A DNA stretch of 64,000 nt from an uncultured delta proteobacterium (lineage in GTDB: Bacteria; Desulfobacterota; Binatia; Binatales; Binataceae), in assembly GCA_963815835.1 (NCBI GenBank), contig CAWFIF010000006.1, positions 875,877 to 939,876 on the forward strand, given 5' to 3'. A model generated the notes under the pieces. The model did not search any database. It had not been told where the DNA came from and saw only the letters and a program-made list of their open reading frames with translations. This document shows, piece by piece, positions 20,172 through 30,172 of the stretch. The first letter of the stretch is position 1. Each line of letters starts with the position of its first letter. A program made the translations under genes and the position numbers.

Positions 20172-21155
20172 ATGGGTCGAAAAAGTAGTGGGCAGACAGT
20201 AGTCATTATAGCGCTGATGTTGCCGGTTCTCCTGGGTGCTGTCGCGCTCGGTACCGACGTTGCCATCTTCTACTTCAACTGGGTTCAGTTGCAGAAAGCG
20301 GCCGACTCAGCGGCCTTGGCGGGCGCCAACTGGCTTCCCGACAATGCGTCTCAAGCGACGACAACTGCCAATCAGTTCGCGCAGAGCAATGGTGTCAAGG
20401 CCGGCGAGATCGTGTCCACCACCGTCGCGGCCGACAGTCTTTCGATTTCGATTACATTACAGCGTACGGTGCCCTACTATCTTGCCCGGGTCTTGGGACT
20501 CACCAATGGCATCGTCACTACATCGGCAACGGCGGCGCCACAGTTTCCGCCGAGCACTCTGAACGCCGGCACACCAGGGCAGGTTCCGCCTGGCGGAGAC
20601 AATAATGGGGGCAACGGCGGCAGCTGTGCCTCTGTTGGCAGTTGCGGGTTGGTCCCGATCGGGCTCGATTCCAAGACTGTCTATACCGATGGCACCCAAA
20701 TAACCCTTCAGCAGGGTCAGCTCGGCCCGGGTAACTGGGATTTGCTCGCACTTGGCGGCGTTGGTGGCAGTAATCTCAGAACCAACATCGCCAACGGCTA
20801 TAACTCGATGGTCAGCGTTGGAGACTGGGTTACCACCGAACCAGGAAAAAAGGTCGGTCCGGTTGATCAGGGTTTTCAGGACCGGCTCAACACAGCTAGT
20901 AGCACCGACCCCAACGGTACATTCTCGTCGCACACTCTGAACGATCCGCGGGTCATGATCCTGCCAGTAGTGGACTGGCAAGACCCGAATGGGCGTTCGT
21001 CAGTGCAGGTAAAGGCCTTTGCCTCGGTATGGCTCGACAGTTACAGCAGCGGCCAGGTTACGGTGCACTTCATCAGTCAGGTGATAGCCAACAGCTTCGG
21101 AGATCCGAATGCTCCGTACTTCGGCTCGCGTGGCACCCCGATCCTGATCAAGTAG
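20172..21155 (+). CDS. TadG-like Flp pilus-assembly protein
   Basis: Prepilin-like SGQTVVIIALML, LQKAADSAALAGA, VTTEPG. Confidence 0.8.
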   Translation: MGRKSSGQTVVIIALMLPVLLGAVALGTDVAIFYFNWVQLQKAADSAALAGANWLPDNASQATTTANQFAQSNGVKAGEIVSTTVAADSLSISITLQRTVPYYLARVLGLTNGIVTTSATAAPQFPPSTLNAGTPGQVPPGGDNNGGNGGSCASVGSCGLVPIGLDSKTVYTDGTQITLQQGQLGPGNWDLLALGGVGGSNLRTNIANGYNSMVSVGDWVTTEPGKKVGPVDQGFQDRLNTASSTDPNGTFSSHTLNDPRVMILPVVDWQDPNGRSSVQVKAFASVWLDSYSSGQVTVHFISQVIANSFGDPNAPYFGSRGTPILIK

Positions 21156-21222
21156 AGATGGCAATTTCTCTTCTGGATCAGCTGACGTATCGACGCCGCG
21201 ATACGCGGGAGACGGTGAAACG

Positions 21223-21696
21223 ATGGTGACTCGTAGCTTGCAGGCAGCGCCAGCGAGCCCATTCGATATTGGGGCATTCAACCACCAACGCGGTGGCACT
21301 GGCCGTGGACAGGCAGCGGTCGAACTCGCGCTTATCACTCCGATTGTGTTGTTCGTGATGCTGGTGGGGGTTCAGTATGCCATTATTGGGGTTGCAGCCA
21401 TGGGGCTGGGACAGGCGGACTACCAAGGGGCGCGATATGCGGCGACTCACTCCAGCGCGTCTCAGGCAGCGGTTCAGAGTTACATGGTCTCGGTGGCGTC
21501 GCCGATCATAAGCGCAGGATCCGGCCAGTACCTAACCACCAGCTTGAGTCCGGCTCCGCCCTGCGTCTTCGGGAGCACCGTGACGGTCTCGGTCACATTC
21601 AACGCTGGTCATCTTTTAGCATTGCCCAATCCGTTCTTTGGCGTTCCGTTCCCAACCTCGCTAACCAATTCGGAAAGCGCATTCTGCGAGGGGTAG
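21223..21696 (+). CDS. TadE/TadF-like pseudopilin
   Basis: RGQAAVELALITPI, GARYAA. True start may be later. Confidence 0.8.
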   Translation: MVTRSLQAAPASPFDIGAFNHQRGGTGRGQAAVELALITPIVLFVMLVGVQYAIIGVAAMGLGQADYQGARYAATHSSASQAAVQSYMVSVASPIISAGSGQYLTTSLSPAPPCVFGSTVTVSVTFNAGHLLALPNPFFGVPFPTSLTNSESAFCEG

Positions 21697-21710
21697 TAAA
21701 GGGAGAGAAG

Positions 21711-22055
21711 ATGAAATCGTTGAGGTACTTCTCAGTTCTTCTGGTTCTCTTCGCCATGACCAGCGTTCCGCACGCGGTCGCTTCTAGCAACAAAACTGTG
21801 ACCGTGACCAACAACACCTCGTATACCATGAGCGAGTTCTACGCCTCGGCCAGCGCTGACTCCGCTTGGGATACAAGTAACAACCTTCTCGCCGGGCAGA
21901 CGGTTGCACCTGGGCAATCGACCACGATTACAATCGCGGACGGGGAAGACCATTGCCATTACGATCTGATGGCCGTCTTGTATGGCGCGGCCGAACACGC
22001 ATACCAATACGGGGTCAACGCCTGTGAGGGCGGAACTTGGACCATTAGTCAGTAG
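21711..22055 (+). CDS. small secreted hypothetical protein
   Basis: Signal peptide; VTNNTSYTM..YAS..W..NLL..CHYDL..NAC. Confidence 0.7.
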   Translation: MKSLRYFSVLLVLFAMTSVPHAVASSNKTVTVTNNTSYTMSEFYASASADSAWDTSNNLLAGQTVAPGQSTTITIADGEDHCHYDLMAVLYGAAEHAYQYGVNACEGGTWTISQ

Positions 22056-22251
22056 CGTCCGCACGCCCGAATGGCCACGCGAGCCCGCCATCAACGCGCC
22101 GGCGGACCCGACCGTAGAAACTCGGGCGCGGGTCCAGCCGATTTCAGTGGCGCAGGATCGGGGAGGACCGTCAAATGGATGGTACTTGCGCTTTCGAGAC
22201 TTGAACCCTTCGCGCCATAAAATAGCGATGAGTTGACGTCCTCTCGATCCG

Positions 22252-22977
22252 ATGAATGACCAAATCATTTTGTATGATTTTCATGGCTCGCCGTGCGCGC
22301 GGCGCGTGCGAATCGTACTCCTCGAGAAGGGATTGCAATGGGAAACGCGGCTGGTCGATCTCACCAGGATGGAGCAGAAGAAACCCGAGTACCTGAAGCT
22401 TAATCCCAACGGCCTGGTGCCGACGCTCGTGCATGGTGACCGCGCGATCTACGAATCGAACGTCATCACCGAATATCTCGATGCGATGTTTCCCGAGCCG
22501 CGGCTTTATCCCGCCGATCCGTGGCTGTGCGCGCGCGCCAAAATGTGGCAGGCATTCGAACTCGCGATGGCGAAGGAATATCGGCCGCTGATGTACCTGC
22601 GCGTGATCGGACCGCTCGATCGCCGGAGGCCCAAGGACGAAGTGATGCGCGATGTGCGCCGCTCAACCGATGACCCGGCGCACATCGATTGGGTGAGCCG
22701 CGTCTATGACGGCACCGCGGTCAGCGAGGACGAAGCCGCGCTCCTGGCGGGTCAGCTCTACCATCGAATCGATCACATCGAGAGCGCGATCGAGGGCGAC
22801 TTCCTGCTCGGCAACGATTTTACGATCGCGGATCTATCGGTCTATCCGCGCGTAGCGATGTATCCCCTGGTTGGGTTGCCGATCGATCCCGCGAAATATC
22901 CGCGCACCACATGTTGGATGTCAACGTTGTCGCAACGGCCGTCATTCGCATGCAGCGAGCGCGTCCGGCCTGATTGA
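22252..22977 (+). CDS. glutathione S-transferase family protein
   Basis: SPCARRVRIVLLEKG, LNPNGLVPTL, YESNVITEYLD, FTIADL. Confidence 0.9.
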   Translation: MNDQIILYDFHGSPCARRVRIVLLEKGLQWETRLVDLTRMEQKKPEYLKLNPNGLVPTLVHGDRAIYESNVITEYLDAMFPEPRLYPADPWLCARAKMWQAFELAMAKEYRPLMYLRVIGPLDRRRPKDEVMRDVRRSTDDPAHIDWVSRVYDGTAVSEDEAALLAGQLYHRIDHIESAIEGDFLLGNDFTIADLSVYPRVAMYPLVGLPIDPAKYPRTTCWMSTLSQRPSFACSERVRPD

Positions 22978-22986
22978 GGCGTTCGA

Positions 22987-24780
22987 TCAAAAGAGCGGGA
23001 GCCGCACGCCGGCGGTGACGAGCGCGCCGCTCGCGACGCCCATCAGCGCTTCGCCCGCGACCAACCCGGCGGCGAACAGGATTCCCGATCCACCTTCCTC
23101 GCGCGGACGGCCGATGCCGGCGAGGGATCCGAGCAAAATCGCGGCGCTCAGTCCGAATGGAAGATAAAGTCCGATCGCGACCGGCATGATCGGCGTGCGC
23201 CACGAGCTGCCGCGGCGTTCGAGCTGCCCATCGACGATCGCGAGAATCGCGGCGAGCGCGGCGCCGATCGAAATGGTGCCCCAGCGAAGGCCGCCGCTGA
23301 AAACGCCTTGCGTGACTTTCGCCATCAGGAAGGCCTGCGGCGCGGCAAGCGCGTTCGCCTTCGCCCCAGCGGTGCCTGCGATTCCGTACGCATTCAGCAG
23401 CAGGTTCAGCACCGGCGCAACCACGAATGCGGAGACGATCGCGCCAATGACGACGGCGATCTCGAGCGCGCGCGGCATCGCGCCGACGTGGTAGCCCGTC
23501 GCGAGATCGTGCATCGAGTCACCCGCCATCGCGGCGGCGGTGCAAACCACCGCGCCGGCCATAATCGCCAGGCGCGGACCGACGCCCGGCGAGACGCCGA
23601 GCAGCTTCAGCACCAGCGCCAGCGCGAGCAGAACGATCACGGTGACGCCGGAGACCGGATTGTTGGACGCGCCCACCAGGCCGGTCAGATATCCCGCAAC
23701 CGCGGTCGCAAAAAATCCGACGATCGCGAGCACGACCGCCATCGCGAGGCTGAGCGCGATACTTCCCGTCAGCACCATGCAGAGCGCGAAGATCACCGGC
23801 AGTGCCAGCCCCGACGCGGTAACGATCGCAGTGGCTGAGAGATCCGTATCCTCGCGCGCAGTCGCCGCCGCGGAACGGCCCGCGCGCACGACGCGGATAC
23901 CCTCGACCAGCGCATTCATGATGCGAGTACGCAACCGCCACAGCGTCACGATGCCGCCGGTGAGCATCGCGCCGACGCCGAGGTATCGCACCTCGTCGCT
24001 CCAGACCCGAGTCGCAGCCGCATAAGCGCCGATCGCGTGAAGCTCCGGGTGACTCGAAGAGGCGATCGGAACTGCGACGAACCACGCGATCGCGCCGCCG
24101 AGAAAGACCAGCGTCGCGATCCTGATGCCAACGATGTAGCCCACGCCCAGGAGCGCGGCCGAAATGTCGATTGAGCCCGCAATCGCCGCGCCGCCAATCC
24201 ATCGCGCGCCGGAAAGCATGCCGGGAACGAAGCCCGCGATATCCTGCGAGGTTTTCAGCAACGCCGAGATGATGCCGCCGTACAAAAGCGGCGCGGCGTT
24301 GGCGGTTTTTGCTCCCGCGCGCAGCACCTCGGCGCATGCGACGCCCTCCGGAAAAGGCAGTTTTTCCTCCACGATGTAGGCGCGGCGCAGGAACACCACC
24401 AGCAGGCTGCCCATCGTGCCGCCCGCGAGGCATAGCGCCGTAACGTCGAGGTACGGCAGGTCGCCCTTCCATCCGAGAATCACCAGCGCGGGAAAGGTGA
24501 AGATGGCACCCGCCGCAACCGCCTCGCCCGCCGAGGCGACGGTCTGCACGACGTTGTTTTCGAGAATCGTCGAGCCGCCGAGGAGGCGGAGAATCGCCAT
24601 CGAGACCACGGCGGCTGGGATGCTCGCCGAAACCGTCAAACCGGCATAAAGCCCGAGATAGGCATTCGCCGCGCCGAGGATCACCGCCAGAATAATCCCC
24701 AGAACTATTGCGCGCGGCGTCAGCTCACGCAGTCCATCAACCGTAGAAGTAGTGGGCGCGTCAGTCACGCCGGACGCCAT
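22987..24780 (-). CDS. OPT family oligopeptide transporter
   Basis: ELTPRAI, AYLGLYAGLTVSASIPAAV, ILENN..QT.ASAGE, LPFPEG, SNNPVSG. Confidence 0.92.
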   Translation of the reverse strand: MASGVTDAPTTSTVDGLRELTPRAIVLGIILAVILGAANAYLGLYAGLTVSASIPAAVVSMAILRLLGGSTILENNVVQTVASAGEAVAAGAIFTFPALVILGWKGDLPYLDVTALCLAGGTMGSLLVVFLRRAYIVEEKLPFPEGVACAEVLRAGAKTANAAPLLYGGIISALLKTSQDIAGFVPGMLSGARWIGGAAIAGSIDISAALLGVGYIVGIRIATLVFLGGAIAWFVAVPIASSSHPELHAIGAYAAATRVWSDEVRYLGVGAMLTGGIVTLWRLRTRIMNALVEGIRVVRAGRSAAATAREDTDLSATAIVTASGLALPVIFALCMVLTGSIALSLAMAVVLAIVGFFATAVAGYLTGLVGASNNPVSGVTVIVLLALALVLKLLGVSPGVGPRLAIMAGAVVCTAAAMAGDSMHDLATGYHVGAMPRALEIAVVIGAIVSAFVVAPVLNLLLNAYGIAGTAGAKANALAAPQAFLMAKVTQGVFSGGLRWGTISIGAALAAILAIVDGQLERRGSSWRTPIMPVAIGLYLPFGLSAAILLGSLAGIGRPREEGGSGILFAAGLVAGEALMGVASGALVTAGVRLPLF

Positions 24781-24826
24781 CTCACGTCAGAGCATCGAAA
24801 TGCAAGTGGCGCGGGGCGAAATGATC

Positions 24827-26527
24827 CTAGCGCTGGCGCAGATCCTTGAGGGGCCGCGTGTTGAGGACATCGCTTGGCTCGACCCATCCACGCCGCGCTT
24901 GATTGATGCCAAACTGAAGCAATCCGAAACCCTTGGTAGAGTGCGAGTCGCTGGAGATCACCAGCTTCACGCCCGCGTGCTTGGCCGCGATGCAATTGGT
25001 ATCGGTGAGGTCGAGGCGCTCGGATTGCGAATTTACCTCGAGCGCGCATCCCTCACTCGCCGCCGCGCGCATCACCTCGTTGAAATCGAAGCTGCTTGGC
25101 TCCCGCTCGTCGATCAGCAGTCGGCCGGTCGGATGACCGATCACATCAACATGTGGATTGCGCATCGCGGTGACCAGCCGCCGCGTCATCTCGTCGGACG
25201 ACTGCTTGAGCTTGTAGTGCACCGATGCAACGACCCAATCGAGCTCCGCGAGAACGTCGTCAGGAAGGTCGAGCGTGCCGTCTTCGAGGATGTCAACCTC
25301 GATGCCGCGCAGCAGTTTCACCTTGACGCGCGATTGAACATCTTCGATTTCGCGCCATTGCTTGCGCACGCGCTTGGGGTCGAGGCCATTGACCATGGCA
25401 AGGCGCTGCGAATGATCCGTGACCGCGAGATAATCGAGACCGGCCTCGTCCGCTGCCCGCGCCATCTCCTCTATCGATGCGCGCCCGTCGGTGTAGGTGG
25501 AATGCGAATGCAGGTCGCCGCGAAGATCCTCGCGCGTGATCAGATGCGGCAAGGTGTGATCCATCGCGGCTTTGATCTCGCCGCGATCCTCACGCAACTC
25601 CGGCGCGATCCATTCGAGACCCAACGCGCGATAGACCTCTTCCTCGGTTCGTCCCGCGACCGATTCATTGCCGCGAAAGAGTCCGTACTCGTTGAGCGAC
25701 AACTCCATCCGCTGCGCGATGCGCCGGATGTGTACGCAGTGGTCTTTCGAGCCGGTGAAGTAAATCAGCGCGGCGCCGTAGCTCTCCGCGGGCAACACGC
25801 GCAGATCAACCTGCAGTCCCTCGTGCAGCACCACGGTGGTTTTGGTATCGCCGACGCCGACGGTCTGCGCGACGTGCGGATACTCGACCAGCCGCTTCAT
25901 CACCTGCGCGGCGTCCGAAGAGATCGCGAGCAGGTCGAGATCGCCGACGCTCTCGCGCTTGCGGCGGAAACTTCCCGCGACTTCGATCTTCGCGACTGCC
26001 GCGCAACCGCGCAAATAATTGAGGAGCTTCTCAACCTCGATCGCCGCATCCGCATACAGCCATCGCTTGGTCGCCATTTCCGCTCGCCGCACGCGCGCCT
26101 GCCTGAGGCTTTCCTCCATCTTGGGGCCGAAGCCGCGAATGGTGCGAATCGCGCCCGACTCGAGTGCATTTTTCAAATCATCGAGGCTCTTGATACCGAG
26201 TTCATCATGAAGTTGCTTGACGCGCTTGGGGCCGAGCGCGGGCAGCTTCATGACGTCCATCATTCCGGGCGGGACTTTCTTGCGCAGCTGGTGATGGAGC
26301 GCCAACTCGCCGGTTTTGATCAGCGTATCGACCTTCGACGAGATGCTCTTGCCGATGTCGGGAACTTTCTCCATCTGCTGGATCGTGAGCTTCGAGAAAT
26401 TCCCCGGATAGTCGAGGATTGCGCGCGCGGCGTTGCGATAGGCTCGCACGTGAAAAAAATTCTCGCCCGTCAGCTCCATCATGTCGGCGATTTCGGCGAG
26501 GTATTTTGCGATTTCCGCGTTCTGCAT
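24827..26527 (-). CDS. polX: DNA polymerase X / PHP 3'-5' exonuclease
   Basis: AGSFRRKRESVGDLDL, VDLR, YFTGSKDH, LNEYG. PHP motifs DLHSHSTYTDG, TDHS, SSDSH. Confidence 0.95.
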   Translation of the reverse strand: MQNAEIAKYLAEIADMMELTGENFFHVRAYRNAARAILDYPGNFSKLTIQQMEKVPDIGKSISSKVDTLIKTGELALHHQLRKKVPPGMMDVMKLPALGPKRVKQLHDELGIKSLDDLKNALESGAIRTIRGFGPKMEESLRQARVRRAEMATKRWLYADAAIEVEKLLNYLRGCAAVAKIEVAGSFRRKRESVGDLDLLAISSDAAQVMKRLVEYPHVAQTVGVGDTKTTVVLHEGLQVDLRVLPAESYGAALIYFTGSKDHCVHIRRIAQRMELSLNEYGLFRGNESVAGRTEEEVYRALGLEWIAPELREDRGEIKAAMDHTLPHLITREDLRGDLHSHSTYTDGRASIEEMARAADEAGLDYLAVTDHSQRLAMVNGLDPKRVRKQWREIEDVQSRVKVKLLRGIEVDILEDGTLDLPDDVLAELDWVVASVHYKLKQSSDEMTRRLVTAMRNPHVDVIGHPTGRLLIDEREPSSFDFNEVMRAAASEGCALEVNSQSERLDLTDTNCIAAKHAGVKLVISSDSHSTKGFGLLQFGINQARRGWVEPSDVLNTRPLKDLRQR

Positions 26528-26652
26528 CGGAAAGGCGCCAGTCAAGCGATTCCTTTTTAATGATAGCACTCTGCGACGGCAAACATTGATCAGCGGCGTG
26601 ACGCTGGACTCTTCCGCGCCAATGAGAGAAGGTTCACCGATCGCCAACACGT

Positions 26653-27054
26653 TTCCCGTTTGAGTTCACGGTCAATGGTACGCCGGTATCACAACAATGC
26701 CGCCGGAGAAGCATACTCACAGGTTGGAAAAGGCGGGTATTGGCAAAGGCACAGCAGTGCGACCCCGGACGAAAATCGATCGGCGAAGAAGTAACAATGA
26801 CCATCACTTACTACTATCTCGATCATGCGTTGGATATAGACAACCTCGCGAAGCCAATCTGTGATGCCTTGAAGGGTTTCGTATATGATGACGATGATCA
26901 GATTGTCGAGTTAGTAGTCCGCAAACGACAGCTGACTGAGACAGTGACGATCGAGAAAATGAGTCAGGCGTTGGAGGAAGCATTCGACGCGGGTGAAGAA
27001 TTCGTCCACGTCTTAGTGGAGATTCCTCGGTCCGAAGGAAGAGCCGATGACTAG
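26653..27054 (+). CDS. RusA-family endonuclease-like protein (start codon unclear or eroded)
   Basis: Frame upstream of 26740 reads FPFEFTVNGTPVSQQ. Catalytic DIDNLAKPICDAL and YDDDDQI present. Confidence 0.75.
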   Translation, partial: FPFEFTVNGTPVSQQCRRRSILTGWKRRVLAKAQQCDPGRKSIGEEVTMTITYYYLDHALDIDNLAKPICDALKGFVYDDDDQIVELVVRKRQLTETVTIEKMSQALEEAFDAGEEFVHVLVEIPRSEGRADD

Positions 27055-27769
27055 TATCTTTGAGGAGAGAGAAGAGGAGGCAATACGGGCCATCGCCGCC
27101 CGGTATGAGGGCCGCGGGTACAAGGTTGTGGTGAGGCCGCCCCCGGATTTGCTCCCGCAGCCGCTGCGAGGAATACGACCCGACCTCCTGGCTAGTAATT
27201 CTAGAGAAAACGTTGTCATCGAAGTGAAATCGAAGGGCACTCTCGCCCGCACCACAGAGCCAAAACGGATTGCTCAAACCGTGGCATGCCTGCCCGGCTG
27301 GAGATTCGAACTGGTCATCACGAATCCTGAACTACTACATTCCGTGCCTGTGCACGGAGAGATGCTATCTCGGAGAGAAATCGATTCGCGTCTGGCCGAG
27401 GCGAAGGCGCTGCGGTCCAGCGGCCACTTGTCGGCGTCCTTTCTGATCGCCTGGAGCGCCGCGGAAGCGCTATTGCGCCGGGTCGCCTTTAAAAATGGAT
27501 TGGACACTTCAGGATACAGCCCTGCGGCGCTTTACAAGGAGCTCTATTCAATCGGCGTTATCCCCAGAAAAGCGTACGAAGTCTTTGCGGTAGCAGTTCA
27601 AACGAGAAACACGCTGGTCCACGGGTTCAGAGTTTCTGAGACTGCGCTGAGAGCAAAAGTCGACAGCCTCATCGCCACCGTGGACACACTGCTACGGGAG
27701 CTGAATTCGGGTCGAGAGATTATTCCACGCGAATCAGGCCGGAGAGGCCGGCGAACATCAGCGGGGTGA
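27047..27769 (+). CDS. PD-(D/E)XK nuclease (REase_AHJR-like) fused to a HEPN-like domain
   Basis: YEGRGYKV, RPDLLA..VIEVK, GWRFELV; AWSAAEALLR and RNTLVH (Rx4H). Overlaps the upstream stop by 8 nt. Confidence 0.7.
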   Translation: MTSIFEEREEEAIRAIAARYEGRGYKVVVRPPPDLLPQPLRGIRPDLLASNSRENVVIEVKSKGTLARTTEPKRIAQTVACLPGWRFELVITNPELLHSVPVHGEMLSRREIDSRLAEAKALRSSGHLSASFLIAWSAAEALLRRVAFKNGLDTSGYSPAALYKELYSIGVIPRKAYEVFAVAVQTRNTLVHGFRVSETALRAKVDSLIATVDTLLRELNSGREIIPRESGRRGRRTSAG

Positions 27770-29336
27770 GCACCCATCCCGCGAGGATGTGGAACCACAG
27801 GTACCATCGCAGCAGCTTACCGGCAGTCATCGCGCTCGCGGTGCCCCATTCCCCGGTGGCCGAATCCTCCACCACTCGCTCTCGAACATTAGGGTGCCAT
27901 TGGTTTCCCAGATGGAGATCCACCACAGGCAGAAAATTCTCCAGCGAGTAGACGAACGCATTGAAATGCGGGTAGTGCACCGGCGGCTGGCCGCCGCGCG
28001 CGAATGCCTGGTATGCGTCGGGCTCGCTCGGCGTCATCACGCCCGCTCGATAGCCCCATCCGAACAGGATCGCGCCCAGGAGCACGAATCCGGTGATCCA
28101 CCAAAGCGCGCGCAGCGGACGGTAGCCATAACCGATGGTCCCCTCGAGCAGCAGGTTCCACGCGCGCGCCGCGAGCGAGAGATGACCTGAGCGGCGCTGC
28201 GCGACGCGTTGCGCGATTAACACTTCGGTCTCGCCCTCGGTCCTCCCGCTCTCCTTGAGCGCCTTCGCGAGTTCCACGTAGGGCTGCGGACGATATCCGG
28301 GCGGCTGCAGCGCGAGCCATTGGAGCCGCTCCTCTGAATCGGCGGGACTGTCGTCGCCAAACTCGCTGTAGGTAAATCCGTCAAGATCGAGATTGCCGGG
28401 AGCGGGCCAGCTCGCGCGATCGTCGAACAAGGACTCGATACTGGCGTTCTGAAGATCCAGTCTCGTCCGCGGCGTATGCGTGATGTTAACCCAATAGAGC
28501 GGTCCCGCGACCGTCGCGCGCTGCGCGTCGAGCCCGGTTTCGCCATTGCCGACGAAGCGCGCGTGATTGAAGCTGAGCGAGCGCCCGATCCGCGCGAGGC
28601 GGAAATATAATATCCCGTCGGTGGTGAAGTTCTGCACAAAGCTGGCATCGCCGCCGATCAAGGATTCCTGCGCCGAGATGGTGTCGGTGACGCCGCTGCC
28701 GCTGAAGTCGGCGCCGCTGCAATCGAGATCGCCGCCGATACTCGCGCGGAAAATGCTCAGCGCGCCGTAATGTCCGAAGTGCATCGCGAGGTCGCCCTTG
28801 ACGCGCGCGTAGTCGCCCATGATGGGGCCGGTCACGCTGCTGCGAAGCTCGATGCTTGCGATCGATGCGTTCGAGAAATCGATCCCGTCGGGAATCGCGC
28901 ATCGAATCAGCGTGAGCGGCCGGACGACATCGGCATATGACAGATCGAGCTTGCCCACGATCTTCGCACCCGCGATTCCCGGGCCGCTGGGATGGAGGAA
29001 CGGCGCCGCTTCGGGGTCTGCGACCAGCCACGCGAGGATCCCGGCGCGGATCGATCGTTCGGGACTCCATTTTTCAGTTTTCGCCGTATCGTTGGTCGGA
29101 TCGTCGGGGTTGTCACTCGGACCGACCCACCGGACGTCGTGAGATGCGGCGCCCCGCACGAGGGTGCGCTCGGCGGCGCTCAGCTGACCGAATTCCTCGC
29201 GCGCGAGTTTCTCCAGAGCGTCGGCCTGGCGCGGCTCCTTGTGCGGGACCTGCGCGAGAACTCGCCCTGCAAATGCGATCGCGACGAGAGCGAGCGCGAT
29301 GCCTCGAGTCATGCGGTTGAAAAGAATTGCGCGCAT
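27720..29336 (-). CDS. hypothetical membrane protein (beta-helix-like repeats plus C-terminal TM / pore-like region)
   Basis: Signal/TM N-terminus, repeated IGGDL/F motifs, LDGFTY, PQPY..LA, GYGYRPLRALWW, YSLENFLPVVDL, GWVL. Confidence 0.75.
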   Translation of the reverse strand: MRAILFNRMTRGIALALVAIAFAGRVLAQVPHKEPRQADALEKLAREEFGQLSAAERTLVRGAASHDVRWVGPSDNPDDPTNDTAKTEKWSPERSIRAGILAWLVADPEAAPFLHPSGPGIAGAKIVGKLDLSYADVVRPLTLIRCAIPDGIDFSNASIASIELRSSVTGPIMGDYARVKGDLAMHFGHYGALSIFRASIGGDLDCSGADFSGSGVTDTISAQESLIGGDASFVQNFTTDGILYFRLARIGRSLSFNHARFVGNGETGLDAQRATVAGPLYWVNITHTPRTRLDLQNASIESLFDDRASWPAPGNLDLDGFTYSEFGDDSPADSEERLQWLALQPPGYRPQPYVELAKALKESGRTEGETEVLIAQRVAQRRSGHLSLAARAWNLLLEGTIGYGYRPLRALWWITGFVLLGAILFGWGYRAGVMTPSEPDAYQAFARGGQPPVHYPHFNAFVYSLENFLPVVDLHLGNQWHPNVRERVVEDSATGEWGTASAMTAGKLLRWYLWFHILAGWVLTPLMFAGLSGLIRVE

Positions 29337-29437
29337 CGAGATGTCGCGCATTATCCGGCGATGGGGTAGGAAAGCAAATACCGATGCCTTTGACGCGATG
29401 GCGATCGCGATCGGCACCGCCTAAAATTCCGATCGTG

Positions 29438-30142
29438 ATGAGAAGTCGGAAACATCTTCCGCGAACCATCAATCATGTCCGGCAGGTGCTGGTACTTGCG
29501 ATCGTTTCGAGCGTGGCATTTTTAACGAGTGCGGCGGGAGCGGCGACCAACGCGGACGCTGCTTCCGCCGGTCCGATGGCGTCGGTGAAAAGCGTCGTCG
29601 ATCAGGCGATCGCGGTTTTCAAGGATCAGGGGGTCGCGCCCGCCGATCGCGAGAAGAAGCTGCGCGCGATTGCCGAGAGTCACTTCGATTTCGAGAAGAT
29701 GGCGCGCACCGCGGTCGGACTGCATTGGCGGGATTTCTCACCCGAGCAGCGCGGCGAGTTCGTCCCCCTCTTCACCAACTTTATCGAGGACGTCTACCTG
29801 TCCCGGATGGAACAGTACTCGGTGGAGAAGGTGCAGCAAACGGTCCAGTCCTCGAGCATCCAGTTCATCAAGGAGCGGATGGACGCGCCGGATCAGGCGG
29901 TCGTCTTCAGCTCGGTCACGCTCCAGGATCGCGCGAAGCCGGTTGACGTGAATTACCTGATGAAGCGCGACGGCGAGGAGTGGAAGATCTATGACATCAC
30001 GATCGACGCCATCAGCGTGATCGCCAACTATCGCAACCAGTTCAATCGCGTGCTCAACGACGGCGGCTACGACAAGCTGGTCGGCATCATGCGCCGGAAG
30101 CAGCAGTCGCTCGGCGCGTCGATGGCGACGTCCAACCCCTGA
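29438..30142 (+). CDS. mlaC: MlaC/Ttg2D phospholipid-binding protein
   Basis: FDFEKMARTAVGLHWR, VNYLM, WKIYDI.IDAIS.IANYRNQF. Confidence 0.85.
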   Translation: MRSRKHLPRTINHVRQVLVLAIVSSVAFLTSAAGAATNADAASAGPMASVKSVVDQAIAVFKDQGVAPADREKKLRAIAESHFDFEKMARTAVGLHWRDFSPEQRGEFVPLFTNFIEDVYLSRMEQYSVEKVQQTVQSSSIQFIKERMDAPDQAVVFSSVTLQDRAKPVDVNYLMKRDGEEWKIYDITIDAISVIANYRNQFNRVLNDGGYDKLVGIMRRKQQSLGASMATSNP

Positions 30143-30172
30143 CCGCCTGTGCCTCCGCGCAGTAGGAAATCG

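Noticed and set aside
24752-26560. 602-aa plus-strand ORF and many similar long antisense ORFs (e.g. 5425..6639, 40369..41667, 52757..53890)
   Set aside because: GC-rich shadow frames opposite well-supported genes
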